Program-made: the position numbers and the translations under genes | Part shown: positions 31,729 to 41,195 of the stretch, piece after piece | How positions within the stretch are numbered: the first letter of the stretch is position 1 | Layout of the letters: the number at the start of each line of letters is the position of its first letter | Notes under the pieces: generated by a model | Databases searched by the model: none | What the model saw: the letters and a program-made list of their open reading frames with translations, nothing else | Told to the model about the DNA's origin: nothing | From: Parcubacteria bacterium C7867-001 | GTDB lineage: Bacteria; Patescibacteriota; Minisyncoccia; Phycocordibacterales; Phycocordibacteraceae | Reading direction: 5' to 3' | DNA: 64,000 nt | Assembly: GCA_001189095.1 (NCBI GenBank) | Contig: LFCK01000004.1 | Location: 5,674 to 69,673, forward strand

Positions 31729-31879
31729 GAGTTCTGCCGGACAAAGAGTCGTTCTCTGCACCGAAACCAACGTAGCTCAGTACGAAAAATCGGAAAACTC
31801 GCTACGCTCAAACAGTTCCGATTTTTCTATTCGCTTTACGCTGGTTACGGCGCCTCCACTCCAAGGTCCGGCAGAACTC
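31729..31879. repeat. ~150-bp palindromic intergenic element (MITE/REP-like)
   Basis: Perfect 14-bp terminal inverted repeat gagttctgccggac/gtccggcagaactc; inner stem aaaatcggaa/ttccgatttt. Confidence 0.6.
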
Positions 31880-31920
31880 CATCCTCGCTTAGGGGATGAG
31901 TAGAAAGGTATAATCGGAGG

Positions 31921-32274
31921 ATGAACCGACGTCGTCGAGTCACCATGCGCGAATACCTTATCGTGGGTGTTTTGAGCGTGCTGGTGTTGGGGCTCCTCAT
32001 TCAGATCTGGAGCATCGGCACTAAGGAAGAAATAGCACGTCATGCCGCGGACGACGCTAAACGCCAGCTGGTCGCCCTTACGAAGCAACAAGAAGAACTC
32101 AAAGGGAATCTTGATGAGCTCGCAACCAAGCGCGGGGAAGAGGCGACACTGCGGGCTACCTACGGCGTTGCGAAGCCCGGTGAAGAGGTTATTATCGTCG
32201 TACCACCGTCAGACGTAAGCGCGACTTCGACGGCGTCATGGTGGCAGCAGCTTCTGGGCTTCTTTAAATTCTAG
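31921..32274 (+). CDS. Septum formation initiator (FtsB/DivIC-like)
   Basis: Single TM helix, coiled coil, EATLR..YGVAKPGEEVIIVV. Confidence 0.7.
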   Translation: MNRRRRVTMREYLIVGVLSVLVLGLLIQIWSIGTKEEIARHAADDAKRQLVALTKQQEELKGNLDELATKRGEEATLRATYGVAKPGEEVIIVVPPSDVSATSTASWWQQLLGFFKF

Positions 32275-32470
32275 CGGGTATAGTTTAGTGGTAGAACTTT
32301 CGGTCAGAGAAAAAGTGCGGGATTGGTTTAGTGGCAGGACGCGACCTTCCCAAGGTTGAGGCACGAGTTCGATTCTCGTATCCCGCACTTTTTCCCCGTA
32401 CCGATGAATTGGGTCCCACCCCAATCCATTTCCCAAGCACCAAGTAGGGGTTCGATTCTCCTATCCCGCA
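32274..32470 (+). pseudogene. Split outer tRNA-Gly-like sequence (5' part 32274-32297, 3' part ~32430-32470) enclosing a complete tRNA
   Basis: 5': GCGGGTA-TA-GTTT-AGTGGTA-GAAC; 3': TTCCCAA-GCACC-AAGT-AGGGG-TTCGATT-CTCCT-ATCCCGC-A. Confidence 0.7.
32317..32387 (+). tRNA. tRNA-Gly(CCC)
   Basis: gcgggat/atcccgc, cgacc-ttCCCaa-ggttg, acgag-ttcgatt-ctcgt. Confidence 0.9.
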
Positions 32471-32569
32471 CCCTTTTTGTTTAAATTCCTAAGGCACCTC
32501 GACTCCTCTTTACTTAATAGAATAATTATTCTATTATTTTTAGTAGTCACCAGAACTGGAGTGAAATTG

Positions 32570-32794
32570 ATGTTGAAGAAGTTGTTAGAAAATACCGCTT
32601 TTTGGGCAGTGCTCGTCGTTGTCTTTAGCGCTGCGGAAGCTGGGCTCGCTGTATATTTCGAACAAACGAACTATACCGCTGACTGGACCCTCATTCCGGT
32701 GTCGGTTTGCGGGCTTATCGCGGTTGGTTCGGTTATTCGGGCCACACTGCTCACCGAGCGCAAACTCAGTCGCGCAGGACAGAAAATCGGTTAA
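32570..32794 (+). CDS. Small hypothetical membrane protein
   Basis: SD GGAG, two TM helices, downstream hairpin. Confidence 0.55.
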   Translation: MLKKLLENTAFWAVLVVVFSAAEAGLAVYFEQTNYTADWTLIPVSVCGLIAVGSVIRATLLTERKLSRAGQKIG

Positions 32795-32900
32795 CACGAA
32801 CGAGCGCCCAGTACTTACTGGGCGCTCGAATTGTTTTAGACATATATGCATCGTAGGACCGGAGTACCTGTTGATAACTGAAATGGTATAATTTCGGGAT

Positions 32901-33164
32901 ATGGAACCCACAAAGAAGAACGTTCAGATTTACACGACCCCGACGTGCCACTTCTGCCAGATGAGCAAGGAGTACTTCAAGGAGCACGGCGTTGAGTACA
33001 GCGAGCATAACGTTGCCGCAGACCTCTCTAAGCGTCAGGAGATGATCGACAAGAGCGGTCAGATGGGTGTGCCGGTCATCCTCGTCGATAACGAGATGAT
33101 CATCGGTTTTGATAAGAGGAAGCTCGATTCCTTGTTCGCTCCGGCACCCGCTCCGGCTGCGTAA
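32901..33164 (+). CDS. Glutaredoxin (NrdH-redoxin/YruB-like)
   Basis: YTTPTCHFC, SGQMGVPV, IGFD. Confidence 0.93.
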   Translation: MEPTKKNVQIYTTPTCHFCQMSKEYFKEHGVEYSEHNVAADLSKRQEMIDKSGQMGVPVILVDNEMIIGFDKRKLDSLFAPAPAPAA

Positions 33165-33232
33165 TCTCCTCTCCTACGGAAACCGCGCGGGATCTCGTGT
33201 CCTGCGCGGTTTTCATGCTAGTCTCTTTCCAC

Positions 33233-33304
33233 GCCCCGATAGTTCAATGGATAGAACCCCTCACTCCTAACGAGGAAATCCATGTTCGACTCATGGTCGG
33301 GGCA
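33233..33304 (+). tRNA. tRNA-Arg(CCT)
   Basis: gccccga/tcggggc, loop ctCCTaa, ccatg-ttcgact-catgg. Confidence 0.9.
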
Positions 33305-33330
33305 CTCGCGTAGCATGTATACTGAAGAGC

Positions 33331-33597
33331 ATGCAAACACAGACAGATTACCTGTCGCTCGGCGACCAGATAAAGCACCTCACGCAGCTTACGGAGGAAA
33401 ATAATAAGCTACTAAAAGCAATGCGTCGCGATAAGTGGATTGCCCTCATCGTGAACATCGTGTTCTGGGGCGTCCTGTTCTACTTCTCCTATGTCCTCAC
33501 GATGCAGTTCATGGGCCCGCTCATGAGCCAAATGGGCTCGGGCTCGGCTGACTTCCAGAACCTCATTCAGCAATATCAAAGCCAGCTCGGCAAATAA
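33331..33597 (+). CDS. Hypothetical single-TM protein
   Basis: LTEENNKLLKAMRR followed by a TM helix. Confidence 0.7.
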   Translation: MQTQTDYLSLGDQIKHLTQLTEENNKLLKAMRRDKWIALIVNIVFWGVLFYFSYVLTMQFMGPLMSQMGSGSADFQNLIQQYQSQLGK

Positions 33598-33634
33598 CAA
33601 AAAGCGGCCGTAGGCCGCTTTTTGTTATTTTCGG

Positions 33635-33707
33635 TGCTTGGACCCGGGCTCGAACCGGGGACCCCTTCCTCTTCAGGGAAGTGCTCTACCAACTGAGCTA
33701 TCCAAGC
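33635..33707 (-). tRNA. tRNA-Phe(GAA)
   Basis: gcttgga/tccaagc, cttcc-ctGAAga-ggaag, ggttcgagcc. Confidence 0.95.
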
Positions 33708-33754
33708 AACTGCGCTATCCTACCACAAACCCGTTCTCGCGTGCAGTCTTGACG

Positions 33755-33877
33755 AGAAACTCCTGTAATCGATGAGATGCAAGGCGCGGAGCTAAGACTT
33801 CTCGACGCGTATCAAGCATACGAAGAGAGAAGTCGGGAGGCTCCGCAACGAAGCAGATCGCGATTACCGGAGTTTCT
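33755..33877. repeat. 123-bp nested imperfect palindrome
   Basis: 16/17-bp terminal inverted repeat agaaactcctgtaatcg/cgattaccggagtttct; inner stems gcggagc/gctccgc, gacttctc/gagaagtc, cgtat/atacg. Confidence 0.65.
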
Positions 33878-33878
33878 T

Positions 33879-34388
33879 CTAGCCCGCTTTGACGCGGAGT
33901 TTCGTCTGGCGAGTACGATCAAGCTTCGGAAGGGTAATGCTCAAAAGGCCATCCTTGCACGAGGCAACTGAATTATCGACGTCGATTTCCTGAGGAAGCA
34001 GTACGGTGCGGGTGAAGCTGCCCCAGAAGAGTTCCTGGCTGAAGTAGTCAGGGCCGGAGATGCGTTCGCGCTCTTCGCGCGAACCTTCAATGACGACCAT
34101 ATCGCGGCTGATAGAAACATTCAGTTCGTCCGGGCGGACGCCTGCGACAAAGGAGCGAATGATGATTTCATTCTGCGTCTGGTACACGTCTACCGGAAGC
34201 TGTCCTTCTGCAGCCTGCGGCTCTTCTTCGTGCACCATTGGCTGCGGCGCGGCCGCCTGCTGGTTCAAGGAGAGCTTCTTCACACCACCTTCACGCTTGG
34301 GAGCGGCGACCTCTTCGTCGAACGAATCGTATTCGTCCGAAAGGGGGACGGCACCTGAAATGCGCTGGAAGAACGAGCCTTTTTTCAT
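33879..34388 (-). CDS. Hsp20/alpha-crystallin small heat-shock protein
   Basis: LPVDVY, WGSFTRTVLLP, DGLLSITLPK. Confidence 0.92.
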   Translation of the reverse strand: MKKGSFFQRISGAVPLSDEYDSFDEEVAAPKREGGVKKLSLNQQAAAPQPMVHEEEPQAAEGQLPVDVYQTQNEIIIRSFVAGVRPDELNVSISRDMVVIEGSREERERISGPDYFSQELFWGSFTRTVLLPQEIDVDNSVASCKDGLLSITLPKLDRTRQTKLRVKAG

Positions 34389-34412
34389 GGTAATGAGGGG
34401 ATAAGGGGGTGG

Positions 34413-35123
34413 TTAACAAACGTTTCTCGGGGCGTTTTGATACTGAATGAATTTTAGTACCTCAAACACCGCAAGGAACACGACGGTACCGGTCCAGACG
34501 ACAAAGAACGAGAGGAGTGTCGCGGAACCGCTCGCATTAATTATAAAAAAGTTGAAGAGGGCATGCAATGCGATCGCAAGGATAAGTCCTATCGATGCGG
34601 TTATCGCGCGAGCGCGCGGGGACCATGTGTAGGAGAAGGCGAGCGCAAAGCCGATCGTCGCCGAGGCGATTGCATGGAGAAGGGTCGAGCCGATGAAGCG
34701 GAGATTATCGGTGGCGATGCCGGCGAGGAACTGTCCCTGCGAGAATGGCTGTATGAGGAAGAGGGTGTTCTCGAGTGCCGCGAATCCAAGAGCAACGGTG
34801 AGCATGTAAATGACGAGGTCGAGGGATTCGTTTACCTGCTTCCTCCAGAGAATGACGAGCGCAGCGAGTCCGTATTTTACCGTCTCTTCGATAGTCGCCC
34901 ACGCAATGATGGTGCCGAGAGTGCCCTCACCAAGCTTTTGAATGGCATAGCTTTCAAGTGGCAGCACGATGGGCACGGCAATCATGCCCGTTATGAAGGC
35001 AAGGCCAACAAGCCAGCGCGGCTCAGGGCAACGGGAGTCTTCCTTATTCATGAAGTAGAGCCACACCAGCGGCGGAAGAATTCCGCCTACAAGCGCGTAC
35101 CCTATGCTCTCAAGGAGAGGCAT
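34413..35123 (-). CDS. PrsW family intramembrane protease
   Basis: PEP, IEETVK, LGFAALEN, LLHA, LHALFN. Confidence 0.9.
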   Translation of the reverse strand: MPLLESIGYALVGGILPPLVWLYFMNKEDSRCPEPRWLVGLAFITGMIAVPIVLPLESYAIQKLGEGTLGTIIAWATIEETVKYGLAALVILWRKQVNESLDLVIYMLTVALGFAALENTLFLIQPFSQGQFLAGIATDNLRFIGSTLLHAIASATIGFALAFSYTWSPRARAITASIGLILAIALHALFNFFIINASGSATLLSFFVVWTGTVVFLAVFEVLKFIQYQNAPRNVC

Positions 35124-37224
35124 GCGTTCCCGTTGGCCAGCTGGTAATCATAAGTAGGTTGGAGCGATCAGGCATCGAAGACCAAATCTCTTCTGTAATG
35201 AACGGCATGAAAGGGTGCAGAAGTTTCAGAATGTCCGCAAGGGCGACACGCAAAAACTTCTGGCGTGACTGTTTAGCGTCAAGGTTCTCACCGTTCAGTA
35301 TCGGCTTCGACTCCTCTAGGATAGCATCCGCAAGTCGGTTCCATGTGTAGTGATACAGCTTCTCAGCGGCGAGATAGAAGCGGTACTCTTCGAGGTCCTT
35401 GGTAACGTCTTCCGCAAGTTCGAAAAACTCAGCGTGGAGCGCTTGGTCGGCGTCCGCGAATTCCACCGACATATCTGCGTCTTCCGTATTTTCAAGAATG
35501 AAGCGGGAAATGTTCCAGAGTTTGTTTGCGAAGTGCTTGTAGCCCTTCACTTTATCCTCGCGCATCGCGAGGTCGGTCCCCGGCGTGTTGCCGACGACAA
35601 GCGCCATACGAAGAGCGTCGGTACCGTATTTATCGGTGAGGTCGAGCGGCGCAATCACATTGCCTTTCGATTTACTCATCTTCTTGCCATTTGCGTCGTT
35701 CACAAGGCCATGGAGATAGACGGTATGGAAAGGAACTTCGTTCGTCAGGTAGAGACTGAAGCAGAGCATGCGTGCGACCCAGAAGAAAAGGATGTCGTGC
35801 GCTGTTTCCATCACTGAGGTGGGGAAGTGTGTCGCAAAATCGGTTCCGTCAGGATAACCAGTCGTCATCAAAGGCCACTGGCCTGAGGAGAACCACGTGT
35901 CGAAGGTGTCGGTGTCTTGCGTCCATCCTTCTCCGGGGCTCTGGGCACTCGCAACCCATTCGCCGTCCTTCTCCCATGCAGGAATGGGGATGCCCCAAAT
36001 GATTTGGCGGCTGATGTTCCAGTCGAGCGTATTTTCCATCCAGTTGCGGAAGATCTTTGCCTCATGGTCAGGGATGAAGCGAACACGCCCGGAGTTTGCC
36101 GCCTCAAGTGCGCGTTCAGCAAGTGGTGCCATCTTTACGAACCACTGATCCTTTATCTGCGGCTCGATCATTGTGTTGCACTTGTAGCAGCGCTTTACGA
36201 CGTTCTTATAGCTCTCATCAGTTTTTGCAAGGAGTCCTTTTGCATTGAGTTTCTCCACTATCTTCGCGCGCGCGTCCGTAATCTTCATTCCTTCGAATTC
36301 GCCCGCGATAGGGAGGAGTTTTCCGCGCCAGTCGATAATCTGCTCGATGTCGAGGTTGTGACGCTTCGCGATTTCAAAGTCTATTTGGGAGTGCCATGGT
36401 GTAATGGTCATCACGCCCGTTCCAAACTCCATGTCGACTGCTTCGTCCTTGATGACGGTCGCGGTGATTGGGCCGTTGATCCACTCAAGGTCGAGCTGCT
36501 GGCCGTGCACGTACTCTTTGTAGCGCGGGTCCTCGGGGTGCATTACGACGTACTTGTCGCCAAACTTTGTCTCGGGACGCACGGTACCGATAGTGAACGG
36601 TCCGTACTTAAAGTAATAGAAAGGGGTCGTCTCTTCGACGCTCTCGGTTTCAATATCGGAAAGGGAGGTCTGGTGCTTCGGACACCAGTTGATGGTGCGT
36701 TGACCGCGATAGATGAGGCCGTCGCCAAACATCTTCACAAACGTCTTTTGTACCCGCTCCACCACATCCGGATCAAGGGTGAATTTCTCGCGCGACCAGT
36801 CACAGGACGCTCCGAGCTTCCGCACCTGATCCTCCATATTCTTCTTGTTGCTCTGCGTGAATTCGAAAATTTCCTTGTAGAGGTCTTTTGGGTCCATGGA
36901 GAAGCGTGAACGACCTTCCTTCTCAAGAATGCGTTCATAGACAACTTGAGTTTCAAAGCCTGCGTGGTCGGCACCGGGGATCCAGAGCGCGCGCTTCCCG
37001 CGCATACGAGCGAAGCGGGTAAGAATATCCTGCACGGTAGTGCCAAGCGCGTGGCCGACATGGAGATTGCCGTTGGCGTTTGGTGGGGGCATCACGATAG
37101 TGAACGGCTCGCCGTTCTTTTGGGGGAGGTTATCCGGATTGAAGTAGCCGCTCTCTTCCCACTCCTTATATATGCGGGGTTCGGTCTCAGAGGGCTGATA
37201 CGGCTTGAGGAATTTAGCGTCCAT
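35110..37224 (-). CDS. valS: Valine--tRNA ligase (lacks the C-terminal coiled coil)
   Basis: PPPN..LHVGH, DWNISRQ, DTWFSS, KMSKS. Confidence 0.97.
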   Translation of the reverse strand: MDAKFLKPYQPSETEPRIYKEWEESGYFNPDNLPQKNGEPFTIVMPPPNANGNLHVGHALGTTVQDILTRFARMRGKRALWIPGADHAGFETQVVYERILEKEGRSRFSMDPKDLYKEIFEFTQSNKKNMEDQVRKLGASCDWSREKFTLDPDVVERVQKTFVKMFGDGLIYRGQRTINWCPKHQTSLSDIETESVEETTPFYYFKYGPFTIGTVRPETKFGDKYVVMHPEDPRYKEYVHGQQLDLEWINGPITATVIKDEAVDMEFGTGVMTITPWHSQIDFEIAKRHNLDIEQIIDWRGKLLPIAGEFEGMKITDARAKIVEKLNAKGLLAKTDESYKNVVKRCYKCNTMIEPQIKDQWFVKMAPLAERALEAANSGRVRFIPDHEAKIFRNWMENTLDWNISRQIIWGIPIPAWEKDGEWVASAQSPGEGWTQDTDTFDTWFSSGQWPLMTTGYPDGTDFATHFPTSVMETAHDILFFWVARMLCFSLYLTNEVPFHTVYLHGLVNDANGKKMSKSKGNVIAPLDLTDKYGTDALRMALVVGNTPGTDLAMREDKVKGYKHFANKLWNISRFILENTEDADMSVEFADADQALHAEFFELAEDVTKDLEEYRFYLAAEKLYHYTWNRLADAILEESKPILNGENLDAKQSRQKFLRVALADILKLLHPFMPFITEEIWSSMPDRSNLLMITSWPTGTHASP

Positions 37225-37274
37225 TCAAAAAATATAGCAGATACGGGCTTTTTTCGGCATTGCTAAGGGGTCTA

Positions 37275-37303
37275 TTGACTAATAGACCACAAAATGTTAC
37301 AAT
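37275..37303 (+). promoter_or_regulatory. Consensus sigma70 promoter
   Basis: TTGACT-17 nt-(TGt)TACAAT. Confidence 0.7.
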
Positions 37304-37350
37304 GCAGTTTGAGTCGGCATAGGGCCGATTCTGTTCAGTGGGAGAAAGCG

Positions 37351-37887
37351 ATGACTTCATCGCGAACGCGTGATGTGTTACGGAAAACGTCCCGTGTAAG
37401 GGACGTCAACGACGACACGGATGAAAATGTTCCGTTCGTTCCCCGAGGCGCCGTCGTCGAGCGATTGACGATCTGGGGCGCTGAAAACGCTCCGACCTTC
37501 CTGATGACCATTCCGGAGGGCGCGCTTCTGCGCGAGACGGATCATGCTGGCGTGTACCTTGAGTGGTCCACCGCCGGCGTCCAATTCTTCCTGCGCGCGG
37601 ATAATCCGGAAGCCTTCGCAGGCAAACGGGTTCGCGTGCGCGGCGAGATCAACGAGAAGCGGTACGAGAACGGCGACATCAGCCTCTATCTCGACTTCTT
37701 CGATCCTGTCGACTTCGTCAACGACGGCACGACGCAGCCCACCCATGACGTGGTGGTGCACAATCGTGCCGATCAGATGCGCCGCGCGCCGCCGGTGTTT
37801 TCGGTTCCCATCCCAGGGATGCCGGGCGCCATCGCGGTGTATGACCATGTGGTCAGCGCCTACAAACAGAAGAGCGGGGCAGCGTAG
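37351..37887 (+). CDS. Hypothetical protein
   Basis: SD GGGAG, own promoter and terminator (aacgggccgcc-cttcg-ggcggcccgtt). Confidence 0.6.
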   Translation: MTSSRTRDVLRKTSRVRDVNDDTDENVPFVPRGAVVERLTIWGAENAPTFLMTIPEGALLRETDHAGVYLEWSTAGVQFFLRADNPEAFAGKRVRVRGEINEKRYENGDISLYLDFFDPVDFVNDGTTQPTHDVVVHNRADQMRRAPPVFSVPIPGMPGAIAVYDHVVSAYKQKSGAA

Positions 37888-38018
37888 AACATACGCGCGT
37901 AAGCCCCGCAAAACCTTAACGGGCCGCCCTTCGGGCGGCCCGTTTTTCATACCTATCCTCTTGCGAACATGCCGGTTGCGGTACATAGTCTCGGAAGGTC
38001 AGGACAAAGGAGAAATAC

Positions 38019-38267
38019 ATGGCCGACGGCATCGTCGAAACATGGCTTGAAAATCACGTCGTGCTGAAGATTGGGGGTCGTCTCGTGCAAGTGCCGAAAG
38101 CGGCACTTACGAAAAAGGGCGACCGCTACATCCTTTCGCCGGACGCGCGAATTGAGCATATCTTTCCGCCAAGGAAAGAACCTGATGTCGATATTGTCGA
38201 GGTTCCCGAGGAATTCGGGCGTCGACTTTCGGAATATCTCGCCGGCACGAACGTGTCTGCGGCATGA
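38019..38267 (+). CDS. Hypothetical protein
   Basis: SD AGGAG, downstream hairpin. Confidence 0.55.
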   Translation: MADGIVETWLENHVVLKIGGRLVQVPKAALTKKGDRYILSPDARIEHIFPPRKEPDVDIVEVPEEFGRRLSEYLAGTNVSAA

Positions 38268-38306
38268 AATGGGCCGGAATCGCAGAGCGATTCCGGCCTC
38301 GTTCGT

Positions 38307-39482
38307 TTATGCCGAGAGCGAAAGATTGCCGTCGGCGCGCAGGGTGGCGATGTCAGCGAATTGCTTTTTCAGTGCACGGAAGTAGCCGGCGACGCCGATC
38401 ATAATGGCATTGTCGCCAGTGAGCGACGCTCTCGGTATGAAGAGCGAGACGTCAGGACGTTCATCACGGAGTTTATCGGTGAAGACGCGGCGTATGTGCG
38501 TATTTGCGGACACACCACCACCGATGATAAGAGCCCGAGCGCCAGTTTCTTCAAGTGCGCGCAGTGTTTTTGCATACAGTACATCTGCCGCGGCATCTTC
38601 AAATGCCATCGAGAGCTGTTCTTTCTGGAGCTCAGAAAGTTCGCCGATTTCTTTTACTTTATAGAGGACGGATGTTTTGAGTCCGCTGAAAGAGAAATCG
38701 CAATTGTCCTCGTGGATCATTGGTCGAGGGAGTTGGAAGGGGTTGGTCGAGGAATCCTCTCGGTGGCGCTCGGCAAGCTTAGAAACTTCAGGACCGCCGG
38801 GATACGGAAGGTCCATCATACGTGCCACCTTATCGAAGGCTTCGCCGACCGCATCGTCTCGTGTCTGCCCGAGCAGCTTATAACTTCCGTCTTCCATGCG
38901 GAGATCAAGCTCAGTGTGTCCGCCTGAAATAAGAAGACCGAGCGTTTTTTCTGGAATGGAAACCGAGAGCGCCCCATCTTTTTCTTCGGCGAGCGCAACG
39001 AGGAAGTGGCCCTCCATATGGTTTACGCCGACGACGGGGATATCCCAAAGGACAGAAAGTGCGCGGGCGAAATTCACGCCGACCCAGAGCGCTGGCTCGA
39101 GTCCTGGTCCGTGCGTCACGGTAATTGCATCGATAGCCGGCTTCTCGCATTCATTTACGAACGCAAAAAATGCACCCGTAAGATCGGGTTCGCGGGAAAG
39201 AATCTCGACGATGCGTTCGTACTTTTCGGGAGAAATAACCTGAGTGTCTTCACGAAGCATTTCGGCCTCTTCGAGTGCGGCCTCCAAGAGCGGGACGAGA
39301 TTTTTTGCGTGTTCGCGCTTAGCGATAGCAGGGAACACGCCACCGTACTCTTTATGGATATCAATTTGAGAAATGAGTGCGTTTCCGAGAACGTTGAAGG
39401 TTGCCCCCGCTTCGTCGCCGTTCGCTTCCAGAACGGCGACCGCCGTTTCATCGCACGAGGTCTCAATCGCGAGGAGTTTCAT
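38307..39482 (-). CDS. tsaD: tRNA N6-adenosine threonylcarbamoyltransferase
   Basis: LAIETSCDET, GPGL, NHMEGH, SGGHT, GEAFDK, FSFSGLKT, DNAIMI. Confidence 0.97.
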   Translation of the reverse strand: MKLLAIETSCDETAVAVLEANGDEAGATFNVLGNALISQIDIHKEYGGVFPAIAKREHAKNLVPLLEAALEEAEMLREDTQVISPEKYERIVEILSREPDLTGAFFAFVNECEKPAIDAITVTHGPGLEPALWVGVNFARALSVLWDIPVVGVNHMEGHFLVALAEEKDGALSVSIPEKTLGLLISGGHTELDLRMEDGSYKLLGQTRDDAVGEAFDKVARMMDLPYPGGPEVSKLAERHREDSSTNPFQLPRPMIHEDNCDFSFSGLKTSVLYKVKEIGELSELQKEQLSMAFEDAAADVLYAKTLRALEETGARALIIGGGVSANTHIRRVFTDKLRDERPDVSLFIPRASLTGDNAIMIGVAGYFRALKKQFADIATLRADGNLSLSA

Positions 39483-40326
39483 CTTCAGCAATAATTGTCC
39501 ATGGGAATGGACCTTCACGCCGGATAAGGAATCCTGCGGAGTTTGGATGGCCGTTGCCGCCGAATTTCTGCGCGATTTTCGATACGTCTACCGAACCGTC
39601 GCCCCGAATAGAAACACCGTACCCGTTCGGGTGTGCCGAGATGACCAAGGCGCACGGACCCTTTTTCTTTGCAAGAAGATTCCCGACAAGAGATTTCATC
39701 GACTTCAGTGGATGTGCTTGTGCGAAATATACTTCGTGTCCTTCAAATGACACGAGTTTCGCATGCTCTACGGAGATAGCTGCGAGCCGTTCGAAATATT
39801 CGCGATAGACAGTCGCCCGTGAGAGCATCGTCTCTCTTGTCGATGGGTTGTCGAGGGCTTGAGCAATTTCATCCCATACCTGAAATTCAAATGGCTGCAC
39901 TTCAAGAAAGGTGATAATCGCGCGAGTGTCAGGAAGTGAAAAACGGAATAGGTCGTCGTCCTCAACATGCTGGAGAAGCGTCGGAAAGGGGGTCTCGGGA
40001 TGGAAATAGTCCCACGCAATTGCAGCTCCTGAATGGTCGCTGGCGTAGCGGTATTCCGGCATGCTACGTATGACATCTTCAACACCCTCGTGGTGGTCGA
40101 GCATCGTTACGCTTTTCGCAATTGTGATGAACTGATCCATTACCTCTTTCGTATAGCAGAAATCGATGAAGTAAAGGTTTGCACCCGTGCATGCTTCGTA
40201 CGGCGGCTCACCGTTTCGTGAAAGTGGAATATATTCAGCAGCGTCGCCGAATTTCTTCCATGCGGCATACGCGCCGCCGAATCCGTCGGGGCAGTTGCCG
40301 TGATAAAGAATGATCGTTTTTTCCAT
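39463..40326 (-). CDS. DHH/DHHA1 phosphoesterase
   Basis: YHGNCPDG, LDHH, FGGNGHPNSAGF. Confidence 0.88.
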   Translation of the reverse strand: MEKTIILYHGNCPDGFGGAYAAWKKFGDAAEYIPLSRNGEPPYEACTGANLYFIDFCYTKEVMDQFITIAKSVTMLDHHEGVEDVIRSMPEYRYASDHSGAAIAWDYFHPETPFPTLLQHVEDDDLFRFSLPDTRAIITFLEVQPFEFQVWDEIAQALDNPSTRETMLSRATVYREYFERLAAISVEHAKLVSFEGHEVYFAQAHPLKSMKSLVGNLLAKKKGPCALVISAHPNGYGVSIRGDGSVDVSKIAQKFGGNGHPNSAGFLIRREGPFPWTIIAEDETPRD

Positions 40327-40335
40327 AAAGTTAGT

Positions 40336-41193
40336 TTATCGCACGAAGCGGACGTACATGCCGGCGGGGATGAAGCGAGTTGAGTCGGTCTCAGGAATGC
40401 GGAGTTCACCATACTGTACTTCGTTGTTCGCAAAAACGCTCTGAACCAGCTGCTTGAACGAAAGTGGGGAATAGCCAGCGGCATAGCCGTTCAAAAGGAA
40501 GAATGAGCCGGAAGCATCTCCAAGAAGCTCCTTCAGCTGCTCCATGAGCGGGAGGAGATCTTCTTCTATTTTCCACACCTCGTCTTTGGCGCCGCGGCCG
40601 AACGCAGGTGGATCAAGAAGGATGCCATCATACTTCGCGCCGCGCTTCACTTCGCGCTTTACGAAGGTGCGCACATCTTCGTGTATGTAGCGGATTGCGT
40701 CTTCCGCAAGGCCGGATGCTTCTGCGTTTTCTTTGCACCACGCGAGGCTCGCCTTCGACGAATCAACATGGGTAACTTCGGCACCAGCTTTTGCAGCAAG
40801 TACGCTCGCAGCGCCGGTATAGCCGAAAAGATTGAGCACTTTTGGCTTCTTGAGCGTCTTGATGCGTTCGTCGGTCCACGACCAGTTCGCCGCTTGCTCG
40901 GGAAAGAGTCCCACATGCTTAAAGTTGGTGAGCTTCGCGTAGAGCAGCGCGTCTGTATATGCGACGGTCCACGATTCAGGCACATCGGAATTCTTCTTCC
41001 ATGCGCCTTTGCCGTTTTCCCATACGAACTCCGCATTCGCGTTTCCCCAGAGCTCGGGCTTACTTTTTTTCCAGATGGCCTGCGTATCAGGACGCGAAAG
41101 GACGAGATAGCCAAAACGCTCGAGCTTCATGTGGTCTCCCGAGTCGAGGAGTTCGTAACCACTGAAGTCTTCTATCGAAAGATGTTTCTCCAT
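40336..41193 (-). CDS. SAM-dependent RNA methyltransferase (RlmI/RlmK-like)
   Basis: HVGLFPEQ, VLNLFGYTG, ILLDPPAF. Confidence 0.85.
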   Translation of the reverse strand: MEKHLSIEDFSGYELLDSGDHMKLERFGYLVLSRPDTQAIWKKSKPELWGNANAEFVWENGKGAWKKNSDVPESWTVAYTDALLYAKLTNFKHVGLFPEQAANWSWTDERIKTLKKPKVLNLFGYTGAASVLAAKAGAEVTHVDSSKASLAWCKENAEASGLAEDAIRYIHEDVRTFVKREVKRGAKYDGILLDPPAFGRGAKDEVWKIEEDLLPLMEQLKELLGDASGSFFLLNGYAAGYSPLSFKQLVQSVFANNEVQYGELRIPETDSTRFIPAGMYVRFVR

Positions 41194-41195
41194 GC

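Noticed and set aside
32298-32429. Group I intron in tRNA-Gly
   Set aside because: Only ~130 nt, more than half of it a full tRNA; no recognisable group I core; removing it does not restore a complete anticodon stem.
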